Of a DNA stretch of 64,000 nucleotides, positions 1 to 9,705 are shown one piece after another (position 1 is the stretch's first letter; every line of letters starts with the position of its first letter). This stretch comes from Bacteroidetes bacterium GWF2_49_14 (GTDB lineage: Bacteria > Bacteroidota > Bacteroidia > Bacteroidales > UBA12481): contig MEOR01000127.1 of NCBI GenBank assembly GCA_001769295.1, positions 31,694-95,693 on the forward strand, read 5' to 3'. A program made the translations under genes and the position numbers. Below the pieces are notes generated by a model, which was given only the letters and a program-made list of their open reading frames with translations, was not told the origin of the DNA and made no database searches.

Positions 1-275
1 CTGGCTTTCAAAAAGGTAATGGCCTCATTTGAAGCAATCCTGTACATCCAGGTATATAATTCTGATGATTCCCTGAAACCTGTAAGACCACGCCAGATCT
101 TAATCATCGTATTTTGAAGGACATCATCCGTATCGTCGTGATTGACAACCAGCCTGCGTACATGCCAGTACAGTTTTTCCTGATAGCGGGCCAGTATCTT
201 TCGGAAAGCTTGCTCCCTGAGATTTGGATCCCTGAATTGGCTGATCAGTTCGGCATCGTTGGTTGTTTCCTTCAT
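1..275 (-). CDS. ECF-type RNA polymerase sigma-70 family factor, N-terminal 91 codons (gene continues past the left edge)
   Basis: Hand translation of minus strand from ATG (plus-strand CAT 273-275): MKETTNDAELISQFRDPNLREQAFRKILARYQEKLYWHVRRLVVNHDDTDDVLQNTMIKIWRGLTGFRESSELYTWMYRIASNEAITFLKA, a sigma-70 region 2 signature. Frame is open to base 1. Not in ORF track because no stop lies in the window. Confidence 0.8.
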   Translation of the reverse strand, partial: MKETTNDAELISQFRDPNLREQAFRKILARYQEKLYWHVRRLVVNHDDTDDVLQNTMIKIWRGLTGFRESSELYTWMYRIASNEAITFLKA

Positions 276-318
276 CGCGTTTCTGAATCACAGGGTTCAT
301 GTCGTTGCCCTCACCGCT

Positions 319-2364
319 TTAAGCTTGTCCAAGAAGCTTCTTTACCTGATTAACGATATTATCGGGTGTAAATCCAAATTTCTCATCGAGCACCTCGGCA
401 GGAGCAGAAAAACCAAAATGGTCAAGGCCCCAGATTGCACCATTGAATCCGACCAATCCCCTTAATGTTTCTGATAATCCGGCTGTTAGACCAAAAACAG
501 GAATTCCGTTGGGCAAAACACCTGATTGATAGGAAGTATCCTGGGACCTGAAAAGTCCTTCAGATGGAGCAGATACTACTTGTGTACTAATTCCGTATTT
601 GTCTAATAGAATCCCAGAAGCCTCCAGCAAGGTGGAAACCTCGGAGCCATTTCCGACAAGAACGACTGAAGGATTTTTTCCGGTGCTGGCAGCAACATAC
701 GCTCCCCGGGCAGCTTGTTCCGATTGCTCCAGCCGGGTTGATTTCTCCGGAGCCGGCAAATCCCGAATACTCTGTCTGGACAGAAGCAGAGCCGTCGGTG
801 TATCGGTGTTTTTCAAGGCCATCTTCCAGCAGACGACGGTCTCAGCGCTGTCAGCAGGTCTTAAAACCACGACTGAGGGATTTCCTGAGTGATTCCTGAG
901 TTTTTCCAAAAGACGAATCTGGGCTTCCTGCTCAACCGGCTGATGCGTTGGGCCATCCTCTCCAACCCTGAATGCGTCATGCGTCCAAACATAGATAACC
1001 TGGAGTTCCATCAGTGCAGCCAGACGAACCGCCGGTTTCATATAATCTGAAAACACGAAGAAGGTACCGCAAACCGGTATTATTCCACCATGCAAAGCCA
1101 TTCCGTTTGCAAGGGAAGCCATAGTTAATTCAGAGACACCGGCATGAAGGAACTGGCCGCCGAAATCCTGGTAGCACATTGGCCGGGTCCGCTTGAGAAA
1201 TCCATCCGTTTTATCAGAATTGGCCAGATCGGCCGACATAACAATCATGTTTCCAAGGGTATCCGCAAGCCCTGACAGCACAAAACCAGAGGCCTCACGG
1301 GTTGCCAGGTTGGGCTTGCTGACCATCTGGTTCCAAGCTATTTCCGGCAGATTTTCCTTGAGCCAGGAGTCAAGCAAAGTGGCGGAATCCGGATCCTGAA
1401 TCCTCCATTCCGCTTCCCTTCCCCGCCGCTCTGAAGCCTTATCCCTTTTGGCTGCCAGCACCTTTGCGTAGTAACCTTTTACCTCGGAAGAAACCGAAAA
1501 TGGGTCCTGTGGATTCCCCCCCAGGTTTTTTATAGTGGCACTAAAGTCTGCACCCGCTTTACCGATTGGCTGGCCATGGGTTGAAGTCTTGCCTTCGAAG
1601 GAGGACCCGTCGCTGGTGATGCACCCCTTACCCATTATCGTCTTGCCGATAATTAATACAGGTTTCTCTGATTCTGATATCGCTTCCGCCAAAGCTTTCC
1701 GGATTTCATCAGGATTATTTCCGTTTATACTGATAACCTTCCATCCCCATGCCCGGTACTTCATTGCAGTATCTTCGCGGGTAACCGCCGAGGTTACTGT
1801 TGATAACTGAATATCATTCGAATCGAAAAACATAACCAGGTTGTTCAGGCCCAGATAACCCGCAATCCGGCCTGCACCCTGCGATATCTCCTCCTGGGTG
1901 CCTCCGTCGGAAATATAAGTATAGGTTTTATGACTGCACCACTCACCAAATCGTTGAGCGATAAATCTTTCGGCAATGGCAGCTCCAACCGCCATGCAAT
2001 GCCCCTGTCCCAGGGGCCCACTGGTGTTCTCTATTCCCCGGTCAAGGTTCAGTTCAGGATGACCCGGAGTGCAGCTGCCCCACTGCCTGAACTGTTTAAG
2101 ATCTTCTGTTGCAAAAAAGCCACAGAGCGTCAGGGCTGAATAGAGCATAGGTGACATGTGTCCGGGATCCAGGAAAAAGCGGTCGCGAAAGGGCCAATTC
2201 CGGTTATCCGGATCAAAAGTCAGAAACTCGGAAAAAAGAATCTGAATAAAATCTGCACCACCCATAGCTCCCCCCGGATGTCCTGATTTGGCAGCCTCAA
2301 CCATGGAGGCAGATAGAATGCGGATTGTGTCCGCGGCCTTGTTTGCTATACCATTATTCATCAA
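319..2364 (-). CDS. tkt: transketolase
   Basis: 681 aa. N-terminal TPP-binding region HPGGAMGGADF...DRFFLDPGHMSPMLYS, GPLGQG motif, full-length three-domain size. Confidence 0.95.
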   Translation of the reverse strand: MMNNGIANKAADTIRILSASMVEAAKSGHPGGAMGGADFIQILFSEFLTFDPDNRNWPFRDRFFLDPGHMSPMLYSALTLCGFFATEDLKQFRQWGSCTPGHPELNLDRGIENTSGPLGQGHCMAVGAAIAERFIAQRFGEWCSHKTYTYISDGGTQEEISQGAGRIAGYLGLNNLVMFFDSNDIQLSTVTSAVTREDTAMKYRAWGWKVISINGNNPDEIRKALAEAISESEKPVLIIGKTIMGKGCITSDGSSFEGKTSTHGQPIGKAGADFSATIKNLGGNPQDPFSVSSEVKGYYAKVLAAKRDKASERRGREAEWRIQDPDSATLLDSWLKENLPEIAWNQMVSKPNLATREASGFVLSGLADTLGNMIVMSADLANSDKTDGFLKRTRPMCYQDFGGQFLHAGVSELTMASLANGMALHGGIIPVCGTFFVFSDYMKPAVRLAALMELQVIYVWTHDAFRVGEDGPTHQPVEQEAQIRLLEKLRNHSGNPSVVVLRPADSAETVVCWKMALKNTDTPTALLLSRQSIRDLPAPEKSTRLEQSEQAARGAYVAASTGKNPSVVLVGNGSEVSTLLEASGILLDKYGISTQVVSAPSEGLFRSQDTSYQSGVLPNGIPVFGLTAGLSETLRGLVGFNGAIWGLDHFGFSAPAEVLDEKFGFTPDNIVNQVKKLLGQA

Positions 2365-2411
2365 TGTCTGTTCTTAGGTTAATTGGGCGGAAGCGAAAAT
2401 AGCATTTTTTT

Positions 2412-2419
2412 TACCTTTG
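2412..2419 (+). promoter_or_regulatory. candidate Bacteroidota -7 promoter box (TACCTTTG = TAnnTTTG) for ychF
   Basis: Exact TAnnTTTG match 19 nt upstream of the ychF ATG in the tkt/ychF divergent spacer. No clear -33 TTG at canonical spacing. Confidence 0.4.
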
Positions 2420-2438
2420 CTGCCTAACATGAATCACT

Positions 2439-3536
2439 ATGGGACTTAAATGCGGCATTATCGGGATTACGAATATTGGTAAAACAACCCTGTTTAATTG
2501 TGTATCGGAAACCCGCGTTGCCACCAGTAATTTTGCCTTCAGCACCAACAAATCAAACCTTGGTCAGGTTAAAGTCCCGGATGAGAGGCTTTTTCAAATT
2601 GACAGTCTGATCCATTCAGCGAGGGTGATGCCAACCACTGTTGACATAATTGACATTCCGGGGTTGACAAAAGGTTCGTCAAAGGGTGAAGGGGTTGGCA
2701 ACAGTTTTCTCGCAGATATACGGAATTGTGATGCTCTTATCCATGTGGTCAGATGTTTTGACGACCCTAACCTTCCACATATCGAAAGTACAGTTGACCC
2801 GGTCAGGGATCGGGAAACCATCGATCTGGAGCTACAGGTCAAAGATCTGGATTCAATCGAGAAACGAATGGTTAAGTTTGAGAAGGCTGCCAAAGTAGGA
2901 GAAAAAACCGCTAAGCGGGGTTTGGAAGTTACTACCGCCATCAAGGACCATTTGGAAAACTTCCAGAATGTCCGCTCAATGAATCTCACCAAAGAAGAGG
3001 AGGAATTTGTTGCCGATCTTTGCCTGCTAACCTCTAAACCGGTTATTTATGTATGCAATGTTGATGAAGCATCCGCGGTTAACGGCAATGCATATTCAAC
3101 CCGATTTATAAGCTCAGTGAGCCTTGAAGGTGCAGAAGTCCTGATCATCGCTGCCAAATCAGAAGCGGAAATCGCTGAACTTGAATCAGCTGAGGACCGT
3201 CAGGCCTTTCTTTCAGAGCTCAATCTGGAAGAACCCGGCGTAAACAAATTGATCAGATCAGCTTTTACCATACTGAACCTTGAGGTTTTTTTCACGGCAG
3301 GCCCGAAAGAGGTAAGGGCGTGGACTATTCATAAAGGGGCCACGGCGCCCGAAGCTGCCGGGGTAATTCATTCTGATCTTCAGCGGGGCTTTATCCGCGC
3401 AGAAGTAATGAAGTACAAGGACTTTTTAGCTCTTGGCTCTGAAGCCGCCTGCAGGGATGCTGGTAAACTTTATGTTGAAGGGAAAAATTACATTGTTGAA
3501 GACGGGGATATACTTCACATTCGTTTTAATGTGTAG
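2439..3536 (+). CDS. ychF: ribosome-binding ATPase YchF (Obg-family GTPase)
   Basis: 365 aa. G1 loop GITNIGKTTLFN, DIPGL, C-terminal TGS-like end DGDILHIRFNV. Confidence 0.95.
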   Translation: MGLKCGIIGITNIGKTTLFNCVSETRVATSNFAFSTNKSNLGQVKVPDERLFQIDSLIHSARVMPTTVDIIDIPGLTKGSSKGEGVGNSFLADIRNCDALIHVVRCFDDPNLPHIESTVDPVRDRETIDLELQVKDLDSIEKRMVKFEKAAKVGEKTAKRGLEVTTAIKDHLENFQNVRSMNLTKEEEEFVADLCLLTSKPVIYVCNVDEASAVNGNAYSTRFISSVSLEGAEVLIIAAKSEAEIAELESAEDRQAFLSELNLEEPGVNKLIRSAFTILNLEVFFTAGPKEVRAWTIHKGATAPEAAGVIHSDLQRGFIRAEVMKYKDFLALGSEAACRDAGKLYVEGKNYIVEDGDILHIRFNV

Positions 3537-3552
3537 AAAATCTCATTTTCTG

Positions 3553-5220
3553 ATGAAGCATCGTACCATATTATATTTGCTGGCGCTCCTAGTGTCCTTG
3601 ATTAACAGTCCGAATGCAGCTGCCCAGGCCCATCCGGACAAACCAGCCCTGGTGGTTGGCATTGTGGTTGACGGACTGAGGAATGACTGGATTGAAAGGT
3701 ATTGGAACCTGTTCGGGGAAGGCGGGATCAAAAAGATTGTGCGACAGGGTACGGGCTATACTGACGCTTCCGTTCCTTTCCTGCTGGCCGACATCGGATC
3801 TTCGCATGCATCCATTTCTACCGGTACTCCACCTGCCCTGCACGGCATTGTAGCCGAGACCTGGTACAACAGGCTTAGAAAAGAGGAAACCTGGTGCACC
3901 AGGGATTACCTTGCCAAAACGATAGGAAGTTCCGATGCAAGCCGTACACCGGCCAATGGAAATGGCCGGCACTCCGCCCGGCAATTGCTCGCTTCTACGA
4001 TTGGCGACAGGATCATCCTTGCATCGGATTATAAATCGAAAGTTATTTCTATTTCCATACGACCGGAAGCAGCTGTACTACTTTGCGGTCACATTCCGGG
4101 ATCGGCCTATTGGTTCGACAATACATTCGGATCGTGGATTACCAGTTCAGAATACGCCAACTCCATCCCATCCTGGGTGGCAGGATTTAACCTCCGCAAC
4201 AGTTCAGAACATTATCTTTCCCGCGAATGGGACCTGCTGTTGGCAGGGAACCTTTACACCGGATGCCCGCCTGATGACAACGACCTGGAGACCGGGTATT
4301 ATAATCAGTTTAAAACATTCCCCTATAAACTGGCCAGGATCCGGAAAGAGAGCCTTTCGCAGGATTTCGAGGTCCTCAGCCTGGTTCCTTATGGAAATAC
4401 CCTTACCACGGACTTCGCCATTACAGCGATCCATGAGGAAAGTCTGGGAAAAGATGCATACCCGGACCTCCTGTGGGTCAGCTATACTGCCATAGATGAA
4501 GTTACCAGGCGCTTCGGCCCGGATTCCCGGGAAGTGGCTGACGCATTACTCCGGCTTGACATGGATATTCAGCGCCTTATTTACCAGGTGGAGGAATCCG
4601 TTGGAAAGGAAAAAGCGCTTTTCATCCTGACCTCGACACATGGGGCTGCCATGGATCCCGATTACTCGGCAGCATTAAACCTCCCAGGCGGCTTTTTCAG
4701 GTACCGTAATGCCATGGCATTGCTTAATTCCTATTTAAGTGCTGTCCACGGCGATGGAAAGTGGGTTGAGAGTTACCTGAACCTGCAGTTATACCTGAAT
4801 GAAACCCTTATTGAACAGAAAAAAATATCTTTCTCGGCTATTCAGGATGAGGCCGCCAGGTTTCTGACACATTTTGAAGGAATCGCCAGGGCCATCCCGG
4901 CAGACAGGCTTCTGTCCGGGGAAATAACCAGCCCATGGGACGGCATGGTACAAAACTCTTTTAATCCTGACCGTACAGGTGATCTGCTCCTGATATTGCA
5001 GCCAGGATGGATAGAAGAGAAAAATTCTGATAGTGATTCCAGATCCCCATATCCGTATGACACCAAGATTCCGTTATACTGGTATGGTTGGACCATCCCT
5101 AAACAAACAATCAGCAGACCGGTTACCCTGCTTGATATCGCTCCCACTATTGCACATATTATGACCATAACCCCGCCGGATGCAGCAACGGGAAGAAACC
5201 TCTCTGATCTCTTCAAATAA
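3553..5220 (+). CDS. secreted alkaline-phosphatase-superfamily protein (type I phosphodiesterase / nucleotide pyrophosphatase-like)
   Basis: Signal peptide MKHRTILYLLALLVSLINSPNAAAQA, then VVGIVVDGLRNDW metal-site motif typical of the AP superfamily. The ORF-track start at 3433 overlaps ychF, so ATG 3553 is preferred. Confidence 0.7.
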   Translation: MKHRTILYLLALLVSLINSPNAAAQAHPDKPALVVGIVVDGLRNDWIERYWNLFGEGGIKKIVRQGTGYTDASVPFLLADIGSSHASISTGTPPALHGIVAETWYNRLRKEETWCTRDYLAKTIGSSDASRTPANGNGRHSARQLLASTIGDRIILASDYKSKVISISIRPEAAVLLCGHIPGSAYWFDNTFGSWITSSEYANSIPSWVAGFNLRNSSEHYLSREWDLLLAGNLYTGCPPDDNDLETGYYNQFKTFPYKLARIRKESLSQDFEVLSLVPYGNTLTTDFAITAIHEESLGKDAYPDLLWVSYTAIDEVTRRFGPDSREVADALLRLDMDIQRLIYQVEESVGKEKALFILTSTHGAAMDPDYSAALNLPGGFFRYRNAMALLNSYLSAVHGDGKWVESYLNLQLYLNETLIEQKKISFSAIQDEAARFLTHFEGIARAIPADRLLSGEITSPWDGMVQNSFNPDRTGDLLLILQPGWIEEKNSDSDSRSPYPYDTKIPLYWYGWTIPKQTISRPVTLLDIAPTIAHIMTITPPDAATGRNLSDLFK

Positions 5221-5272
5221 AACCGGTACTTTTGGTCCTGTGAAAACCACGGAAACCAAGAGAAAAATACTG

Positions 5273-6505
5273 ATGAGCATAGTGGTATCAATACCGCTAC
5301 TGATGTCATTCCAAAGTATAAGTCCGGATTACAAAAATCGACTCCTTTCCTTGCAGACGGAGTTACTTGAAGGCCAGGAGTTTGCCATGCGGGGAATAAA
5401 CGGCAAGGGAGTAAAGATTGCAATCATTGATGCAGGATTTACCGGGACTGATACTCATCCGGGCCTGGCCCACCTGTTTCAGGGTCATCAGATCCTTGAG
5501 ACCTGGGATTTTATCGGGAAAAATGAACAGGTATACCACGGGAATTCACATGGAACCTCTGTGTTATCATGCATTTCCGGCGTTTATAACAATATGCCGG
5601 TTGGACTGGCGCCTGAAGCCGGGTTTCTCCTGGCCCGGACAGAAATGAATGGTGAGCCCCTTCAGGAAGAAAAAAACTGGGCTGCAGCTGTCCGATGGGC
5701 CGTTGATCATGGTGCCGATATTATTCAATCCTCCATAGGGTACTCATACCACCGGTATTTTCAGGAGGAACTGGATGGCAAAACAAGCATCGCCGCCCGG
5801 GCCGCTTCAGAGGCGGCAAGAAAAGGAGTGCTGGTTATCAACTCGGTGGGCAATGAAGGATCAACCCACTGGAAAACAATGGGCACCCCGGCTGACGCAG
5901 ACTCGATCATCAGTGTCGGGGCCATTGACCCGTACACGGCACTGGTAGCCTCTTTTAGTTCATTGGGCCCAACCGCTGACGGAAGGCTTAAACCGAATGT
6001 ATGTGCTTCAGGGACTGTCCTGGCCTTTACCTCCGACGGGAGAGCACGAACCATGACAGGAACTTCCTTTGCAGCCCCGCTGATAACCGGATTTGCTGCT
6101 TGTCTGATGCAACTCCTGCCGAATGCAAGCAACATGGAAATTCTGCAACTTATCGAAAAATCAGGTCATCTGTATCCCTACTTTGACTATTCACATGGCT
6201 ACGGAGTCCCCAGAGCCTCCTATTTCTTCAAGAAGGTAAAATCCGATATTGGATACAGTCCGGAAATATCAAGGCTCGGTGAATCCTTTAGGGTAGAACC
6301 ACATGTCAACCCGGCATACCCGGAAACCTCCCCATGGAAGTCCTGCCTTTATTACCAGATCATGGATTCAACCAAACGGATAAAGTTTTATGGCGTTGCC
6401 TCAGCAAACCTGTATACCTATACTTATCTGCCAGCAAAGGATTTACGGGATGGGGACATTCTCAGAATCTGGCTAAATGGCAAAACCACCGAATGGAAAG
6501 AATAG
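5273..6505 (+). CDS. subtilisin-like serine peptidase (family S8)
   Basis: Asp/His/Ser triad motifs VKIAIIDAGF, HGTSVLS, GTSFAAPLITG. The ORF-track start at 5180 overlaps the upstream gene, so ATG 5273 (MSIVVSIPLL) is preferred. Confidence 0.85.
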   Translation: MSIVVSIPLLMSFQSISPDYKNRLLSLQTELLEGQEFAMRGINGKGVKIAIIDAGFTGTDTHPGLAHLFQGHQILETWDFIGKNEQVYHGNSHGTSVLSCISGVYNNMPVGLAPEAGFLLARTEMNGEPLQEEKNWAAAVRWAVDHGADIIQSSIGYSYHRYFQEELDGKTSIAARAASEAARKGVLVINSVGNEGSTHWKTMGTPADADSIISVGAIDPYTALVASFSSLGPTADGRLKPNVCASGTVLAFTSDGRARTMTGTSFAAPLITGFAACLMQLLPNASNMEILQLIEKSGHLYPYFDYSHGYGVPRASYFFKKVKSDIGYSPEISRLGESFRVEPHVNPAYPETSPWKSCLYYQIMDSTKRIKFYGVASANLYTYTYLPAKDLRDGDILRIWLNGKTTEWKE

Positions 6506-7200
6506 CACTAAAAACAATATTGGCTGTTTTTGTCATCACCCTTTTTGGCTGGACGGCAGTGACAGGACAAAGTCCGATCTTTGAAAAAAAAGTCAGGCCA
6601 TTTCCCGAAAATCCTGATTTTGGACCGAACCGGAGGAATTTCATTCACCCGGTGGTACAGCTCCATGCGGGAGTTCCTCCCATTCCTCAAAAAGGTGCCG
6701 TTCCGGTCCGTGCATCAGCGGGGATTGCAGGTGGCTTCAGATATAAGCTAAAGATCAATCCATTACTGGCAATTGGAGCAGAATCAGGGATTTCCTATGA
6801 CTACCGCAGAAAATCATTCAGTGGAACCACTGGACAACCAGACAGTCTTTCATGGGGTCGGGAATCATATCGGGCTTTTGGAGCTTATACTTCCGGATTC
6901 CTGAGGATTAAAACACATAAAAGCGGTGACTATCTCGGCCGTTTTGTGGATATCGGAATCTGCTGCGCCTTTCCGGTTGTGACAAACCTGGTAACTTTTG
7001 GTACGGGTACACGGTCCAATTCTCCTACGATGCCTTCTGTAATTGTAAAGCGACAGCGGATTTCCACTTTGCCGCTGTGTGAACTGGGTGGGATGGTGAG
7101 AATTGGAAATGACAGGGCCTCGATGACTGTTTCATACAATCAGTCCCAACTAATGCCGCGACTTACAATCGGAATTGATTATGCGGTTATGCGTTATTGA
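6493..7200 (+). CDS. hypothetical exported protein, possibly a small outer-membrane beta-barrel
   Basis: Internal ATG 6493 gives signal peptide MERIALKTILAVFVITLFGWTAVTGQ. Alternating hydrophobic pattern and an aromatic C-terminus (..AVMRY). No recognisable family. Confidence 0.4.
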   Translation: MERIALKTILAVFVITLFGWTAVTGQSPIFEKKVRPFPENPDFGPNRRNFIHPVVQLHAGVPPIPQKGAVPVRASAGIAGGFRYKLKINPLLAIGAESGISYDYRRKSFSGTTGQPDSLSWGRESYRAFGAYTSGFLRIKTHKSGDYLGRFVDIGICCAFPVVTNLVTFGTGTRSNSPTMPSVIVKRQRISTLPLCELGGMVRIGNDRASMTVSYNQSQLMPRLTIGIDYAVMRY

Positions 7201-7924
7201 ATCGATCCCGCTCAATCAAAAGTTCCTGCAACAATCCGTGGTTCTTTTCAGCAGCATTTCCGACAACAACAACATCTGCCCCGGCTGAATAGGCTTCTTT
7301 GACCTGCTTTGGCGTCCGGATGCCACCGCCTACTATCAGCGGAACCCTGATTCCCCCGGAAACCTGCTGAATCATTTCACCTGAAATGGGGCGGTCGGCG
7401 CCGCTTCCGGCATCCATGTAAATGATGCGCAAGCCAAGCATCTCTCCTGCCATGGCAGTTGCATAGGCGATATCCGGCTTGTTATTAGGAATTGGCTGTG
7501 TGTTGCTCATGTAGGATACCGACGTCTGTCGTCCGCCATTAACCAGGATATATCCGGTTGGCAAAATCTCAAGCCCCGATTCTTTCAGAAAAGGAGCTGC
7601 AACAACATGATTTCCAATCAAATAGTCTGGATTTCGACCGGAAATCAAGGATAGGAGTAAAATCGCATCAGCCTGGGCACTAATCTGAAGGGGTGACCCT
7701 GGAAAGATAATTACCGGGATGTGTGTGAGCGGTTTAATTCGGCCGATGAGTCGGTCTATATGATTAAAAATCAGACTACCACCAACAAAAATGAAATCGA
7801 CACCCAGTTTATCGGCCAGGATAACCTGTTCCTCGACCCTATCGCCCGTGCATTTATCTGGATCCACAAGCCAGGCAAATGCCTTACGGTTTTCTTTCAG
7901 GGATGAAAATGTTTCTGCCAGCAT
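7187..7924 (-). CDS. geranylgeranylglyceryl / heptaprenylglyceryl phosphate synthase family protein (PcrB/GGGPS TIM barrel)
   Basis: 245 aa. AWLVDPDK N-terminus, FIFVGGS, and C-terminal phosphate-binding PLIVGGGIRTPKQVKEAYSAGADVVVVGNA, characteristic of the family. Confidence 0.75.
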   Translation of the reverse strand: MLAETFSSLKENRKAFAWLVDPDKCTGDRVEEQVILADKLGVDFIFVGGSLIFNHIDRLIGRIKPLTHIPVIIFPGSPLQISAQADAILLLSLISGRNPDYLIGNHVVAAPFLKESGLEILPTGYILVNGGRQTSVSYMSNTQPIPNNKPDIAYATAMAGEMLGLRIIYMDAGSGADRPISGEMIQQVSGGIRVPLIVGGGIRTPKQVKEAYSAGADVVVVGNAAEKNHGLLQELLIERDRFNNA

Positions 7925-7927
7925 GGT

Positions 7928-8527
7928 TCAGATTTGTTTTTTCCAGGCTAAAGTTTCGATCAACCTCTCAATATCTTTAAGCAAGAATTCATTTACAGGA
8001 GCCAGTGAATCCTTATTGGGTTCGGTATCAAAATAAAGAGCACCTCTCAGGAAGTTACGTGTACTGTCTGTCATATAAAACTGATATGAGGAAGCCGTAT
8101 TGCCCTTAATGTCAAACAAAACACCAAACACTTTGTTTGCCGGATTCTGGAATTCCCTCTGGCTTATTGCATCTGCCCTCACTGAGTGCTTGTAGGCAAA
8201 GGCATGTGCGTCATCAACCAGTTTTGCAAGATTGTTTACCACCGGCTTATAGGTTATGTACAAGCGGCCATGGAATTGTGGAAACTCAACATTGATCCAA
8301 TACTCTGATGTGTCTGATCCTGAATATTTTCCAGCATACCTGCTGATCCTGGAATAGACGGGTATCTCAAATTTATAGGGATATTCTCCCTCTAGTAACA
8401 AATACGCCCTTTCGGGAAGGCCGATCCGGAAATAGGACTTTGGCTTGGGGGTATAATTTTCCTTACAGCCGACAATTGTTATTGCTAACAGACCTAAAAA
8501 CAGCCAGTTATTCAACATCCGTTTCAT
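7928..8527 (-). CDS. gldD: gliding-motility lipoprotein GldD-like
   Basis: Lipoprotein signal MKRMLNNWLFLGLLAITIVGC, followed by YTPKPKSYFRIGLPERAY, which matches my recollection of the GldD N-terminus. About 200 aa, located downstream of ssb as in Flavobacterium. ATG 8527 is preferred to the TTG at 8548. Confidence 0.55.
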   Translation of the reverse strand: MKRMLNNWLFLGLLAITIVGCKENYTPKPKSYFRIGLPERAYLLLEGEYPYKFEIPVYSRISRYAGKYSGSDTSEYWINVEFPQFHGRLYITYKPVVNNLAKLVDDAHAFAYKHSVRADAISQREFQNPANKVFGVLFDIKGNTASSYQFYMTDSTRNFLRGALYFDTEPNKDSLAPVNEFLLKDIERLIETLAWKKQI

Positions 8528-8590
8528 GAATTGATCAGGTAAGGTCAAAAAGCGCTCTTTTTATTCTGATTTGGTATTGATTCTAATCCG

Positions 8591-8598
8591 CAAAGGTA
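8591..8598 (-). promoter_or_regulatory. candidate -7 promoter box (TACCTTTG on minus strand) for gldD-GGGPS
   Basis: Plus-strand CAAAGGTA is an exact TAnnTTTG on the minus strand, 63 nt upstream of the gldD ATG. Confidence 0.35.
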
Positions 8599-8717
8599 AG
8601 AGAATGAAGCGAAAAACGAGGCGACTTCCACCCCTTTGATACGGGAAGAAGCCGCCTGTTGTTTCCACCAGCTAAAAAGTCAGGATCCTTACTGGATTTT
8701 AAGCACTGAACGCATGG

Positions 8718-9161
8718 TCAAAACGGCAAATCATCGCTTTCAGCCGGCTGAATTACTTCATCGGCCACTGAATGTGCTGGAGCTTCGGAGGCATACCGTT
8801 GAGTACCATTCTCGCGGCTTCCTTCATTATCATCTTTTCTACCCAGAAGCCGGATATTATCAGCCACAATCTCGGTAATATAACGCTTGTTACCATCCTT
8901 GTCATCATATTGCCGGTTGGTAATCTTGCCCTCGACGTAAATCTGCTTTCCTTTCTTGATGAACTTCTCGGCCACATCCGCCAATTGCCTCCAGGCTACA
9001 ATATTGTGCCATTCGGTATTGGTTACCATCTCTCCGGCTTTGTTCTTGTAGGTTTCAGAAGTGGCCAGGGTGAACCGGGCTACTGATGTTCCGCCTTCCA
9101 GATGCCGGATTTCCGGATCCTTGCCTACATTCCCAACTAGAATCGCTTTGTTTACAGACAT
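8718..9161 (-). CDS. ssb: single-stranded DNA-binding protein
   Basis: 147 aa. MSVNKAILVGNVGKDPEIR OB-fold start and acidic tail ending DDLPF. Confidence 0.95.
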   Translation of the reverse strand: MSVNKAILVGNVGKDPEIRHLEGGTSVARFTLATSETYKNKAGEMVTNTEWHNIVAWRQLADVAEKFIKKGKQIYVEGKITNRQYDDKDGNKRYITEIVADNIRLLGRKDDNEGSRENGTQRYASEAPAHSVADEVIQPAESDDLPF

Positions 9162-9334
9162 TTGAATAAAGATTTAATGATTACTAAAAGTACAAACAAT
9201 TCCCAATTTGCAAGATGCCGACAGGAAAAACAGCTGTCAGTCCCTTACATAATATATATATGCAAGATGTTCGGGGAAATGGAAAAAAGGATAAAAAAAA
9301 ATTTGCGGAGACTGTTTAATTAATGAAAAAGGTT

Positions 9335-9342
9335 TATATTTG
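9335..9342 (+). promoter_or_regulatory. candidate -7 promoter box (TATATTTG) for hup
   Basis: Exact TAnnTTTG 42 nt upstream of the hup ATG, in an AT-rich divergent spacer. Confidence 0.4.
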
Positions 9343-9384
9343 CAGACCAAATGTAATTAGTTGATAATTAAAGTATTTATAGCG

Positions 9385-9678
9385 ATGACTAAAGCAGACA
9401 TTGTAAACGAAATCAGCAAGAACACCGGAATTGAGAAGGTAGCTGTACAGAAGACGGTTGAGGCTTTCATGAACACCGTAAAAACCTCATTAGTAAATGG
9501 TAACAATGTTTACCTAAGGGGATTTGGAAGTTTTATCGTGAAGAAAAGAGCCGAAAAAACTGCTCGTAACATCTCGAAAAACACCACCATCATCATCCCG
9601 CAGCATTTTATCCCGTCGTTTAAGCCGGCTAAAACCTTTGTTGCCAAGGTAAAAGATCAGGTTAGAAAGAAAAAATAG
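9385..9678 (+). CDS. hup: DNA-binding protein HU
   Basis: MTKADIVNEISKNTGIEKVAVQKTVEAFMNTVKTSL...LRGFGSFIVKKRAEKTARNISKNTTIIIPQHFIPSFKPAK. About 97 aa from ATG 9385; the track start at 9361 is a TTG. Confidence 0.9.
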   Translation: MTKADIVNEISKNTGIEKVAVQKTVEAFMNTVKTSLVNGNNVYLRGFGSFIVKKRAEKTARNISKNTTIIIPQHFIPSFKPAKTFVAKVKDQVRKKK

Positions 9679-9705
9679 TTTCGGGTTCATTAATTTGTCA
9701 GAAAA

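Noticed and set aside
114-353. 79-aa plus-strand ORF at the left edge
   Set aside because: The opposite strand encodes a clear ECF sigma-factor N-terminus (region 2 motifs) running off the window. The plus-strand ORF has no features.
3433-3552. N-terminal extensions given by the ORF track (also 5180-5272, 6334-6492, 49153-49191, 57534-57611, 28724-28753, 19747-19782, 9361-9384, 8528-8548)
   Set aside because: The longest-ORF starts overlap the preceding gene or use TTG/GTG. In each case an internal ATG yields a proper signal peptide or conserved N-terminus, so the shorter models were used.
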